DNA from: Planctomycetota bacterium
GTDB lineage: Bacteria; Planctomycetota; B15-G4; SIAN01
Assembly (NCBI GenBank): GCA_031409275.1
Contig: JANNXA010000014.1
Location: forward strand, 224,001-288,000
Direction of reading: 5' to 3'
DNA: 64,000 bases
Of this stretch, positions 38,605 through 47,411 are shown piece by piece. Position 1 is the stretch's first letter. The number at the start of each line of letters is the position of its first letter. Position numbers and translations under genes: made by a program. The notes below the pieces were generated by a model that worked only from the letters and a program-made list of their open reading frames with translations, was not told the origin of the DNA and searched no databases.

Positions 38605-40893
38605 ATGAAGCGCGCATGCCTCGCCTTGGCCCTCTTCGGCGCGCTGCTGCTCGCTTGGGCGTTGCCACGGCTGCAACGAGACGATTCGCTGGCGCAGTTC
38701 TTCCCGGAGCACAGCGAGGCGCGCGCCCGTTTCAGCGCCTTCTCGGCCGCGTTTGGCACCGACGACACGCTGCTGGTCACCGTTCACGATGACGAGGATC
38801 CGCCGCTCCTGCGGCCGGGCGCGCTGAACTACCTCGACCGGCTGCACGCCGCGCTGGCCGGCGATCCGGCGCTGGCGACGGCAGTGTCGCTGGCGACGCT
38901 CGACGATCTGCGCATCGGCACGCTGCTCGGCCGCGCGATTCCGTTGCCGCCGACGCCCCTGGTGCCGCGCGATCGCGCGAGCGTGACCGGTGCGCGCGCC
39001 GCCGCGCTCGCCGCCCACCCGCTGCTGCGCGAGGGACTCCTCTCCGACGACGGTCGCAGCGCGGCGTGCTGGCTCGTGCTGGCGCCGGGACTGCGCGCGC
39101 GCGCCGACTACCTCGCGCAGGTCGAATCGCTGGCGGCGAAAGTGCCCGCCGTCCTGCCCTCCGAGGGGCGGCTCACGGTCGCGGTGACGGGCTTCCCGCT
39201 GCTGCAATCGGCGACGCAGCAGCTGCTGGCGCGCGACGGCGCGAGGTTGCTGCTCGGCGCGCTGCTGCTGGTGAGCGCGCTTGCGGCGGCGTTTGGCGTG
39301 CCGTGGCGCATGGGTGGCGCGTGGCTGATCTCGTGGCTACCGGTCGCCGGAACGTTCGCGGCGTGGTCGTGGCTCGCGGGACGGCCGCTCCACCTCTTCA
39401 GCCACACGCTGCTGCCGCTGCTGCTGGTGACCAACGGCTCGGGGTTCATCCACCTCGCGCGCACCTTCGCTCTCGGCGACGCGACGCAACGACGTCGCGT
39501 GACGCGCACCACGGTCTGGACGGTGCTCACCACCTCGATCGGCTTCGCGACGTTGCTGCTCTCGCCACTGGCGCCGTTGGCGCGGCTGGGCGGCGAAGTG
39601 GCGCTCGGCACGCTGCTGGCATTCGCTTCGACGCTGCTCTACGTGCGAGCCTTCGCCCCGCCACCGCACGCCGAGGCCTCGACTCCGACCCCCGCCGCCC
39701 GCGGTTTCGCGCGCTGCACGCGAGCGCCGGCGTGGCTGCTCGCCGCCGTCACCCTCGCCTGCCTGCCCTGGTTCCTGTGGCGCGACGCAGCGCCGGCGCC
39801 GCTCGCGAGCTTCCTCGACGAGCTGCCGCCCGACCACCCACGCGTCATCGCCACGCGCGCAGCGGATGCGGCCTTCCACGCGCAAAACGCGTTCGAGATC
39901 GTGGTGGAGCTGGCGCCGGAACGGGCGCAGGCGCAGCTCTGCAATCCCGCCTTCCTGAGCGAGCTCGCCGCCTTCGAGGAAGCGCTGCGTCTGGAGGCGG
40001 GCCCCGATCTGGCCCACGTGCTTTCGCCGGTCACCTTCCTGCGCTACGTCGAGCTTCGATTGACGGAGGCGCAAACGCCAACCGACGCGCCGCGCGCCGC
40101 CGCCGAGTTCGTGGTGCAGTGGATCCTGCAGCCGTGGTTCGCGTTCGCGCAGGCGAAGCCGCAGAGCGGAGTCGCGGCCGCGCTGCATGCCGCGTTGCGC
40201 GAACCCCTTGCGCAGGTGCTCACCGCCGACGGCACCCATCTGCGCTTCGGCGGCCGCATCGGCGCACTCCCGCCCGCACGCGTGAAGGCGCTCGCGGAGC
40301 AGTTGCGGCGCGAGCTCTTCGCGACGTGGTGCACGCGCCTGGACGCGCGCTCGATCGACGTCACCGGCCACGCGCTGCTGATCGCCGAGATGGCCGACGA
40401 AGTACGCTCGACCCAGATCCGTTCGCTGGCGAGCGGCGGCGCCGTGCTCGCGCTCCTCCTGCTGTTGCTGCTGCGCGATCTGCGGCTCGGGCTGCTGGCC
40501 GTGGTCACCAACGCGCTCTCGATCAGCGGCGTGCTGCAGATCGCGGCCTGGAGCGGCATCGCCGTCGATCTTTCAACGACCCTGCTGATCGCCGCGCTGT
40601 TGGCGGTGGTGGTCGACAACACGCTCCATCTGCTGATCGAGTGGCGCCTGCTGCGAAGCGAGGGGCGCGGCGCGGCGGCGGCGTCCGAAGCGATCGTGCG
40701 CACCGGACCCGCGATGCTCCATGCAAGCGGCTGCCTCGCGGCCGGGTTCGCTCTCTTCGCGACCAGCGAGATGCCGGCGTGGCGTCACTTCGCGGCGGGC
40801 GCGCTCGCCGGCCTCGCGATCGCGCTTTTCTACGACTTCGTGGCGCTGCCGACCGCGATCGCGTGGATCACGAGGCGCAAGGAACCGCGCTGA
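38605..40893 (+). CDS. MMPL/RND-type membrane transporter
   Basis: 762 aa, two repeats of 1 TM + soluble loop + about 5 TMs; FGTDD, VTGFP/VTGHA, LTTSIGF, VVDNTLH. Confidence 0.75.
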   Translation: MKRACLALALFGALLLAWALPRLQRDDSLAQFFPEHSEARARFSAFSAAFGTDDTLLVTVHDDEDPPLLRPGALNYLDRLHAALAGDPALATAVSLATLDDLRIGTLLGRAIPLPPTPLVPRDRASVTGARAAALAAHPLLREGLLSDDGRSAACWLVLAPGLRARADYLAQVESLAAKVPAVLPSEGRLTVAVTGFPLLQSATQQLLARDGARLLLGALLLVSALAAAFGVPWRMGGAWLISWLPVAGTFAAWSWLAGRPLHLFSHTLLPLLLVTNGSGFIHLARTFALGDATQRRRVTRTTVWTVLTTSIGFATLLLSPLAPLARLGGEVALGTLLAFASTLLYVRAFAPPPHAEASTPTPAARGFARCTRAPAWLLAAVTLACLPWFLWRDAAPAPLASFLDELPPDHPRVIATRAADAAFHAQNAFEIVVELAPERAQAQLCNPAFLSELAAFEEALRLEAGPDLAHVLSPVTFLRYVELRLTEAQTPTDAPRAAAEFVVQWILQPWFAFAQAKPQSGVAAALHAALREPLAQVLTADGTHLRFGGRIGALPPARVKALAEQLRRELFATWCTRLDARSIDVTGHALLIAEMADEVRSTQIRSLASGGAVLALLLLLLLRDLRLGLLAVVTNALSISGVLQIAAWSGIAVDLSTTLLIAALLAVVVDNTLHLLIEWRLLRSEGRGAAAASEAIVRTGPAMLHASGCLAAGFALFATSEMPAWRHFAAGALAGLAIALFYDFVALPTAIAWITRRKEPR

Positions 40894-40926
40894 GGCCGCC
40901 GCGGGTGTTGCGGCCGAGCCGCTCGA

Positions 40927-41673
40927 TCAGCCGACGACTCCGCAGCACTTCTTGTGCTTCTTGCCGGAGCCGCACGGGCAGGCGTCGTTGCGCCCGACCT
41001 TCGGCTGCGCGTGGATCGTCTCGACGCGAAGCTCTTCTTCGAGGTCGGGGCACTCCTTCAGCATCTGGCGCGACAGCTCGACCGCTTTGGCGCGGTCGCC
41101 CTTGTTGTGCCAGAACTGGACGAGCCCATCCCACGTGAATCGCAGGTCCTTCTTGGTGTCGCCGGTGCGCGCCTTCTCGACCGCCGCTTCGTAGTGCTTC
41201 TGCGCCCGATCGAGATGCCCTTCCTGCTCGAGCACGTAGGCCTGGCGCAACTCCGGCCAGCAGTGCGCGGGATGGTCGGCGAGCGCGGCGGTGAGCACCT
41301 TCCGGGCCCCCTCCTTGTCGCCCGCTTCCCACAGCACCACCGCGCGTTCGGCATCGAGATAGGGCTTGCCGAAGACCGGTTCGAGGCGACCGCAGAGCTC
41401 GTCCCCCTGCTCCTTGCGCCCCTTCTTCGCGAGGAACGACGGCAGCTCGAGCAGCCACGCGCGCAAGTCGGCCGGCAGCTCGGCGTTCAGGTGGTCGTAG
41501 ACCTTCTGAGAGAACTTGTGGTCGGCGCCCATCAGCACGCCGATCGCATCGAGCGCCCCGAGTCGCGCATCGTCGAGCACGAAGGCGGGCGGGTTGCGCT
41601 TGCCGACCGTGCCGTTCATCGCGCGCTGCAGCGCAAACACGAGGCGTTCGAGAGTGGCGGCTTCGATGGTCAT
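40927..41673 (-). CDS. TPR protein with C-terminal SEC-C metal-binding motif
   Basis: KVGRNDACPCGSGKKHKKCCG at the C-terminus; TPR-like helices; ATG 41673. Confidence 0.85.
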   Translation of the reverse strand: MTIEAATLERLVFALQRAMNGTVGKRNPPAFVLDDARLGALDAIGVLMGADHKFSQKVYDHLNAELPADLRAWLLELPSFLAKKGRKEQGDELCGRLEPVFGKPYLDAERAVVLWEAGDKEGARKVLTAALADHPAHCWPELRQAYVLEQEGHLDRAQKHYEAAVEKARTGDTKKDLRFTWDGLVQFWHNKGDRAKAVELSRQMLKECPDLEEELRVETIHAQPKVGRNDACPCGSGKKHKKCCGVVG

Positions 41674-41740
41674 GGCGTGCGCTCGATCCTTCGGGTCGCG
41701 GGCCGCGGTGCGGGCGGCGGGAAAGGGGCGGAACGATAGT

Positions 41741-42580
41741 TCAGTGCGACGCGGCCTGCCAGAGGACCGAGGCGCCATCCATCACCGGACCGTCCATGCA
41801 GGCGCGGGCGTAACGGGCGAGCTGGCCATCGCCGTCGGTGACCGGCACGGCGCAGGCGTTGCAGACTCCAAAGCCGCACGCCATGAGCGTCTCGAGCGAC
41901 ACCATGCAGCGCACGCGACGAGCCGCCGAGAGGCGGGCCACCGCGGCCATCATCGGATCGGGCCCGCAGGTGTAGACGCAAACGGGACGGGCGCCGAGCT
42001 CGTCGAGCGTGGCGGCAAGCAGCTTGTCGACGCGGCCTTTCATGCCGTGGCTGCCATCCTCGGTGGCGGTCCGCACCGGCACTCCCAGTCGCTCGGCCGA
42101 CGCAAGGTCGAAGAGCTGATCGCTCGAACGGGCGCCGTAGAGCAGCAGCGCCGGCTCGCGCGCCGCCCGTTCGCGGCGCCGCTCGAGCCAGCGAAACAGC
42201 GGCGGCAGCCCCACGCCGCCGGCGACCAGGACGGTCGTCACGCCCGGGTCGGCGTGGGGGAACGGGCGGCCGAGCGGCCCGACCAGCGTCAACGCGTCAC
42301 CGGTGCGCAGCCGCGACAGGCAACCGGTGCCGCGCCCCACGTTCTTGAAGATGAAGGAGAGCTCGGGCCCGCGGCCGTCGGGAGCCGCCGAATGGACGCT
42401 GAACGGTCGGTTGAGGAAGGGGAAGTCGGCGCCGTCGGTGCGCACCATGAAGAAGTGGCCGCCCTCGAGCGGCTCGGCGAACGGCGCCGGCAGCGCCACA
42501 CGCAGCAGGAAGCCGTCACGCCCGGCACTGCTGCAGTCGATCACCGTGGCGCGAACGACGTGACGTTCACAGCTGCTCAC
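41741..42580 (-). CDS. pyrK: Dihydroorotate dehydrogenase electron-transfer subunit-like FAD/[2Fe-2S] protein
   Basis: RPFSV, VGPLG, VAGGVGLPP, TCGPDPMM, MACGFGVCNAC...ACMDGPV; GTG 42580 (GTGA overlap, AAGGAGG upstream). Confidence 0.85.
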   Translation of the reverse strand: MSSCERHVVRATVIDCSSAGRDGFLLRVALPAPFAEPLEGGHFFMVRTDGADFPFLNRPFSVHSAAPDGRGPELSFIFKNVGRGTGCLSRLRTGDALTLVGPLGRPFPHADPGVTTVLVAGGVGLPPLFRWLERRRERAAREPALLLYGARSSDQLFDLASAERLGVPVRTATEDGSHGMKGRVDKLLAATLDELGARPVCVYTCGPDPMMAAVARLSAARRVRCMVSLETLMACGFGVCNACAVPVTDGDGQLARYARACMDGPVMDGASVLWQAASH

Positions 42581-43857
42581 CGAGTCCTCCTTGCTGCGCG
42601 ACGCGAGAGCCCCGCTCCACTCTCGTCGCCGTAAAGCGCCGCGCCGGCGTAGGTCACCGCCAGGTGCCCCTCCGCGTCGACGGCCTGATCGTAGACCAAG
42701 CGCTCGCCGTGGCTTGCCTCGACGGCGAAGAGCGCGGTGTAGAGACTCGCCACGCTGCAGATCCGGTCCTGGTTGCGATGGCCCGCGACCGCATCGAAGA
42801 AGCCTTGCGGAGAGGCGCTGGCGATCGCGACGAGGGTGGCGGCGTCGCGAGCTCGCACTTCCGCCATGAAGGCCGCATCGACCGCGCGTTCGTCGCCGAA
42901 ACGCGGGCCGACGTGCGCGAGGTCGGCGCCCACCACGACCAGCACCCGACGACTCTCGGCGGCCAGCGCGCCGCGCAACGCGCAGATGAAGTCGCGCGTT
43001 TCGGGGTCGCGCAGCGGTCCGTGCCCCGGCTCCATCAGGTCGTCGAAGGAGGTCGCGAGGATCGGCACCACACTCGGCGGTGCGGCACGGAACAAGTGGG
43101 CGAGCCAGACGGCCTGGAACTCGAGCGAGTGCTCGTGACGGTGCGTGAGCTCGCCGCGGCGATAGTCGCGCGGCAGGCTGCGCTCGAGCATCGCGAGGAA
43201 CGGCGCATCGAGCGGCAGGCGGCCGAGCGGTGTCTCGAACCCCTTCGCGCTCAGGATGAAGCGCCCTTCGTCGGCGGCGTGACCGGTTCCGAGCAACACC
43301 ACGACTTCGGGCGGCTCGAAGTCGAGGAGGCGCGCGTAGCTCCGTCCGTAGCTCGCGCCGCCGCGGTGGAAGTCGAGGTGCGGCGCGATCAGCAGCCGGA
43401 GGCGACCAGCGGGAGCGGGACCGGGCAGCGCAGCGGCGAGCCAGCCATCGAGGGTGGCCGCGAGCGCGACTGGATCCGACTCGTACGCGCCTCCCGCATG
43501 CGCCGCCGGACGCCATTCGAGCGCCGACCAGCACTTCCGGAGTTCCGCGCGATGCGCTGCGAAACGCGGCGAGTCGAGCAGCAGATGCTCGTCCATCGAG
43601 GTCAGGAACTCGGCGAGTTCGGCTGGCGAGAGCGACTGCTGCGTGCGCGCGGTGAAGTCAGCGCAGATCTGCGCGTGGTCTCGGGAGCCGTCCGACAGCG
43701 CCAGCAGCAGGAGCGCGGCACCCGACAGTTCGAGCGGGGCCTCGAGGTAGCCGCCGGGGTCGGTGAGCAACCAGGCGCGACTCCGACCGGCGGCAGCGCC
43801 AGCGAGCGGAGCGAGGTCGACGGCGCGCAGGCGAGGGTGACTTGGCAGCGGAAGCAT
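42577..43857 (-). CDS. MEMO1 family protein (AmmeMemoRadiSam protein B-like) with N-terminal extension
   Basis: RPAAHAGGAY, IAPHLD, LGTGH, ETPLG, HRHEHSLEFQ, ADLAHVGPRFGD, ICS. Confidence 0.85.
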   Translation of the reverse strand: MLPLPSHPRLRAVDLAPLAGAAAGRSRAWLLTDPGGYLEAPLELSGAALLLLALSDGSRDHAQICADFTARTQQSLSPAELAEFLTSMDEHLLLDSPRFAAHRAELRKCWSALEWRPAAHAGGAYESDPVALAATLDGWLAAALPGPAPAGRLRLLIAPHLDFHRGGASYGRSYARLLDFEPPEVVVLLGTGHAADEGRFILSAKGFETPLGRLPLDAPFLAMLERSLPRDYRRGELTHRHEHSLEFQAVWLAHLFRAAPPSVVPILATSFDDLMEPGHGPLRDPETRDFICALRGALAAESRRVLVVVGADLAHVGPRFGDERAVDAAFMAEVRARDAATLVAIASASPQGFFDAVAGHRNQDRICSVASLYTALFAVEASHGERLVYDQAVDAEGHLAVTYAGAALYGDESGAGLSRRAARRTR

Positions 43858-43916
43858 GCGAAGGACGGGAGCATAGCTCGGCGATGCGCACGACTCGGCG
43901 TAGCATGCCGCGCCTC

Positions 43917-44429
43917 ATGGAACTCCACCGCTACATCCGCGACGTCGCCGACTTCCCCAAACCCGGCATCCTGTTCAAGGACATCACGCCACTTCTGCGC
44001 GATGCCGCCGCACTGCGTCATTGCGTCGCCGAATTGGCGCGAAGGATCGAGGGGAAACGCATCGACGCGATCGCCGGGATCGAATCGCGCGGCTTCTTGT
44101 TCGCGGCGACGCTCGCGGTCCAACTCGGGGTCGGACTGATCCCGCTGCGCAAGCCCAACAAGCTCCCCTACCGGCGTTTGCGCGAGGAGTACGCGCTGGA
44201 GTACGGCCGCGATGCGCTCGAGATGCACGAAGACGCGGTGGCGCCGGGAGAGCATGTCGTCCTGGTCGATGACCTGCTCGCGACCGGTGGCACGATGAGT
44301 GCAGGGCGTCGTCTGGTCGAACGGGCAGGCGGCAAAGTGGCGGCCTGCCTCTTCGTCATCGAGTTGACGTTCCTTGGCGGACGCGCGAAGCTCGCGGGAG
44401 TGCCGGTCGAGGCGCTGCTTGCGTACTAG
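43917..44429 (+). CDS. apt: Adenine phosphoribosyltransferase
   Basis: DFPKPGILFKDITPLL, GIESRGF, YALEYG, VDDLLATGGT. Confidence 0.97.
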   Translation: MELHRYIRDVADFPKPGILFKDITPLLRDAAALRHCVAELARRIEGKRIDAIAGIESRGFLFAATLAVQLGVGLIPLRKPNKLPYRRLREEYALEYGRDALEMHEDAVAPGEHVVLVDDLLATGGTMSAGRRLVERAGGKVAACLFVIELTFLGGRAKLAGVPVEALLAY

Positions 44430-44648
44430 CGCGGGTCCGCGAACGAGCCGGCGACCTTGCAGAACGGCTTTCCCTACTTTGGCGCCAGTTTGTCGCCAGA
44501 ACGCGGGAGACAAGGCGTGGCTATGGTGGCAGAGTTCCGCTAGCGAACGTGCAGCAACAAGACCCGCTCGTGGGGGCGCGCGCCCGCCACGAATCGCAGC
44601 CAGGCGGGATCCGATAGGACGGGAGCGAGACCGACCGGAGGACAGGCC

Positions 44649-45167
44649 ATGACGAACTTCCGGGACAAGCTGAAAGAGATCCGTGCGAGCGAGGCTGAAC
44701 GGTCCCGCCAGCGGATTCCGTTGTCTGACCACGAACTCGGACTCGACCAGCCGGCCGAGAAGTACCTCTCCGCGCGTGGCGAGTTGGTGAAAGAGCTCGA
44801 GCGGCTGATGAACGAGTTCATCGCCGAGAGTCCCATGTTCGAGATCGGCCACGGCTTCTTCGAAGGGAAGTACGTCCTCTCGCTGTCGTGCGACGAGCCG
44901 CTGCTCGAGGATGGGCGCGGGGTGCGCAAGCACTTCACGCGCATCAACTTCCTGCTCGACCCGTGCGCCGCCGACGGCCACTTCTCGATCACGACGAAGC
45001 TGACCATCCGCGATCGCGACGTTCCGAAGGGTTTGATCGAAGGCAACCTCGGCGTCGGCAGCGACCTCGCGGCCTTCCGCAGCTTCGGCGAAGAGCAGAT
45101 GCTGCGGTTCGCGACCGAGTACTTCGCCGGTCGTGTTCCCGCTCCGTCACTTCACTCAGCGAACTGA
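44649..45167 (+). CDS. Hypothetical cytoplasmic protein (172 aa)
   Basis: GGAGG RBS, natural amino-acid composition, GC3-biased codons, followed by a terminator. Confidence 0.75.
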   Translation: MTNFRDKLKEIRASEAERSRQRIPLSDHELGLDQPAEKYLSARGELVKELERLMNEFIAESPMFEIGHGFFEGKYVLSLSCDEPLLEDGRGVRKHFTRINFLLDPCAADGHFSITTKLTIRDRDVPKGLIEGNLGVGSDLAAFRSFGEEQMLRFATEYFAGRVPAPSLHSAN

Positions 45168-45197
45168 CCGCGCCACCCCGTCCAAGCAGCGTCCCCA

Positions 45198-45240
45198 ACG
45201 CCGCCCGCCGCCTCCATGCGGCGGGCGGCGTCATTTTTTT
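45198..45240 (+). terminator. Rho-independent terminator
   Basis: 14-bp stem ACGCCGCCCGCCGC / GCGGCGGGCGGCGT with a 6-nt loop, followed by CA and T7. Confidence 0.85.
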
Positions 45241-45313
45241 CGCGAGAACGAGGGCTGCCCAGTAGTCACCGCCTCGGAGACTCCCCGGGGTGACAGAAAA
45301 AGTATTGAGTCGC

Positions 45314-45341
45314 TTGACTTCGTCCTTTCACGTTGTACAGT
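45314..45341 (+). promoter_or_regulatory. Putative sigma70-type promoter for the riboswitch-fliA transcript
   Basis: TTGACT-N16-TACAGT in an AT-richer patch about 40 nt upstream of the riboswitch. Confidence 0.5.
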
Positions 45342-45377
45342 TTGTCCAAGACTCGCAACTTGACTCGCAGCGACAGG

Positions 45378-45482
45378 GACCAAGGGCAAACTTTCCGAAA
45401 GGAAGGGGCGCAAAGCTAAAGGGCCTTCTCCGCACTTCTCTGGCACCCACCAGCGAAGCGGAATGGCAGCCAGCTGCCGCAC
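45378..45482 (+). ncRNA. Cyclic di-GMP-I (GEMM) riboswitch aptamer
   Basis: GGGCAAAC-TTTCC-GAAA-GGAAG-GGGCGCAAAGC...GGGCC...ATGGCAGCCAGCTGCC matches the GEMM-I pattern (P2 with GAAA tetraloop at 45397-45400, CGCAAAGC junction, P3); lies in the 5' leader of the sigma factor gene. Confidence 0.9.
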
Positions 45483-45577
45483 CGGGCGACCGGGGCGTTC
45501 GGTCACCCCTCTTTCGGAGGGGTGGCCGCCCGTTCCATCGCACCCGTCTGCGACCGCCCCCCACCAGGAGCGATCTC

Positions 45578-46417
45578 ATGGGGCAGGGTTCTGCGATCGG
45601 ATCGACGGCGGCGCCGAAGCTGAAGGAGCGCGAGTCGCGGGGCGTCGTCCCCGAAGGTCCGGAGATCGAGCAGGTCTGGCGTACCTACAAGGACACCAAC
45701 GACCCGAACCTGCGCAACCTCCTGATCGAGCGCTACCTGCCGCTCGTGCGCTACATCTCCGAGCGCCTCCTGGTGTCGCTCCCGAAGTCGATCGACGTCG
45801 ACGATCTGCAGAGCGCGGGCGTGTTCGGGTTGATGGACGCGATCGACGGCTTCGACCTCGAGCGCGGCATCAAGTTCAAGACCTACTGCACGACCCGCAT
45901 CCGCGGCTCCATCCTCGATGAGCTGCGCAGCCAGGACTGGGTGCCGCGCCTCGTCCGTCTGAAGGCGCACCAGCTCGCCAAGGCCTACAAGGCGCTCGAG
46001 ATCGAGCTCGGCCGCGAGCCGACCGACTACGAGATGGCCGAGAAGATGGGCGTCTCGCTCGAAGAGCTGTCGGGGATGGTCGACGAAGCGTCCGTCTGCA
46101 ACATCTTCTCGCTGTCGGAGAAGTGGGACGACAACGAGGACGATGACTCGCTCGAGAAGGTCGAGATGCTCGAGGACAAGGCGAGCCTCGATCCCATCGA
46201 GACGCTGAACCAGAAGGACGTGCTGCGCGCGATCACGCGCTCCCTCACCAAGAAGGAGAAGCTGATCATCATCATGTACTACTACGAAGGGCTCACGATG
46301 CGCGAGATCGGCGACATCCTGAACCTCACCGAATCGCGCGTCTGCCAGATCCGCAGCAACGTGATGGCGAAGCTCAAGGTCCAGCTCGAGAAGATGCGAA
46401 AGAGACTGGTGATTTGA
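45578..46417 (+). CDS. fliA: FliA/WhiG family (sigma-28-type) RNA polymerase sigma factor
   Basis: ATG 45578 after AGGAG; DDLQSAGVFGLMDAIDGFD, KFKTYCTTRIRGSILDELRSQDWVPR, YYYEGLTMREIGDILNLTESRVCQI. Confidence 0.92.
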   Translation: MGQGSAIGSTAAPKLKERESRGVVPEGPEIEQVWRTYKDTNDPNLRNLLIERYLPLVRYISERLLVSLPKSIDVDDLQSAGVFGLMDAIDGFDLERGIKFKTYCTTRIRGSILDELRSQDWVPRLVRLKAHQLAKAYKALEIELGREPTDYEMAEKMGVSLEELSGMVDEASVCNIFSLSEKWDDNEDDDSLEKVEMLEDKASLDPIETLNQKDVLRAITRSLTKKEKLIIIMYYYEGLTMREIGDILNLTESRVCQIRSNVMAKLKVQLEKMRKRLVI

Positions 46418-46559
46418 AGCCACGACGCACCCTCCACGCGACCGGAGGGGCCAGAGGACCGCCCTGTGAGCCTCCGATGCGAGCCGGCCCAAAAAGCCGG
46501 CTCGCACCGTTTGCGCCGCCCTTGCGCCGGCAACGGCAACGCGCGACGATCGCCCAACC

Positions 46560-47333
46560 ATGGCGGACGCCTGGTCTCATCTCGCGGATTGGCACGGCTT
46601 CGCGCTGACACGCGTCGAACTCCTCGACGCCGTCGACTCCACGAACGCCGAAGCGCTGCGCCGCCTCGATCGGCACGCTGCCGCCGACGGCCGCGTCCTC
46701 GTCGCGCGCCGCCAGACCGGCGGGCACGGCAGCCGCGGACGCGCCTGGCATGACGTCGCCGGCCGCTCGCTTGCCCTCACGGCCCTGCTCGACTGGCCAC
46801 GGCAGCGGCCGCTGGCACTCGCGACCTGGCTCGGGGTCGTGGCCGTCAGCGACGTCCTGCTGGCGCGCGGCCTCGCGCCGCAGCTCAAGTGGCCCAACGA
46901 CACGCTGCTCGCTGGCGAGAAAGTGGCCGGCGTCCTCGCCGAGATCCGCCAGCGCGACTCCATCGCCGTGGCGCTCGGAATCGGCGTAAACGTCGGCCAC
47001 TCGCGCGCCGAGCTGCCGACCGACTGCCCGACGCCGCCCACCTCGTTGGCGCTGCACGGCGTCGACGACCGACCGGAGTTCCTCGCGCTGCAACTCGTGT
47101 CTGCCCTCGATCGCCGGCTGTGCGAGCTGCAGGACGACGGCGGCGGCGGCTTGCGCGATGCCTTCCTCGCCCGCCTCTCGCTCGCCGGGCGACGCGTCCG
47201 CGCGACGACCGCAGACCGTGATCACGAAGGGGAGCTGCTGGCGCTCGCGCTCGATGGTCAGATCACGCTGCGTGACGCCGGCCAGCAGCGAATCCTCCAC
47301 GGCGCCCACGTCACGGCGCTGCGCGCGGTCTAG
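46560..47333 (+). CDS. birA: Biotin--acetyl-CoA-carboxylase ligase (no N-terminal HTH)
   Basis: VDSTN, QTGGHGSRGRAW, LKWPND, KVAGVL, GIGVNV. Confidence 0.9.
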   Translation: MADAWSHLADWHGFALTRVELLDAVDSTNAEALRRLDRHAAADGRVLVARRQTGGHGSRGRAWHDVAGRSLALTALLDWPRQRPLALATWLGVVAVSDVLLARGLAPQLKWPNDTLLAGEKVAGVLAEIRQRDSIAVALGIGVNVGHSRAELPTDCPTPPTSLALHGVDDRPEFLALQLVSALDRRLCELQDDGGGGLRDAFLARLSLAGRRVRATTADRDHEGELLALALDGQITLRDAGQQRILHGAHVTALRAV

Positions 47334-47411
47334 AATCGCGCGCCCTTTCTCCCACCGCCCCGGTTCGCTGCGCAGCCCCTTCGCTGTCGGCGTACCTGTC
47401 AGGAGCTTCTG

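Noticed and set aside
44528..44545. TGGCAGAGTTCCGCT as a sigma-54 -24/-12 promoter
   Set aside because: GG-to-GC spacing is one base short of the strict requirement.
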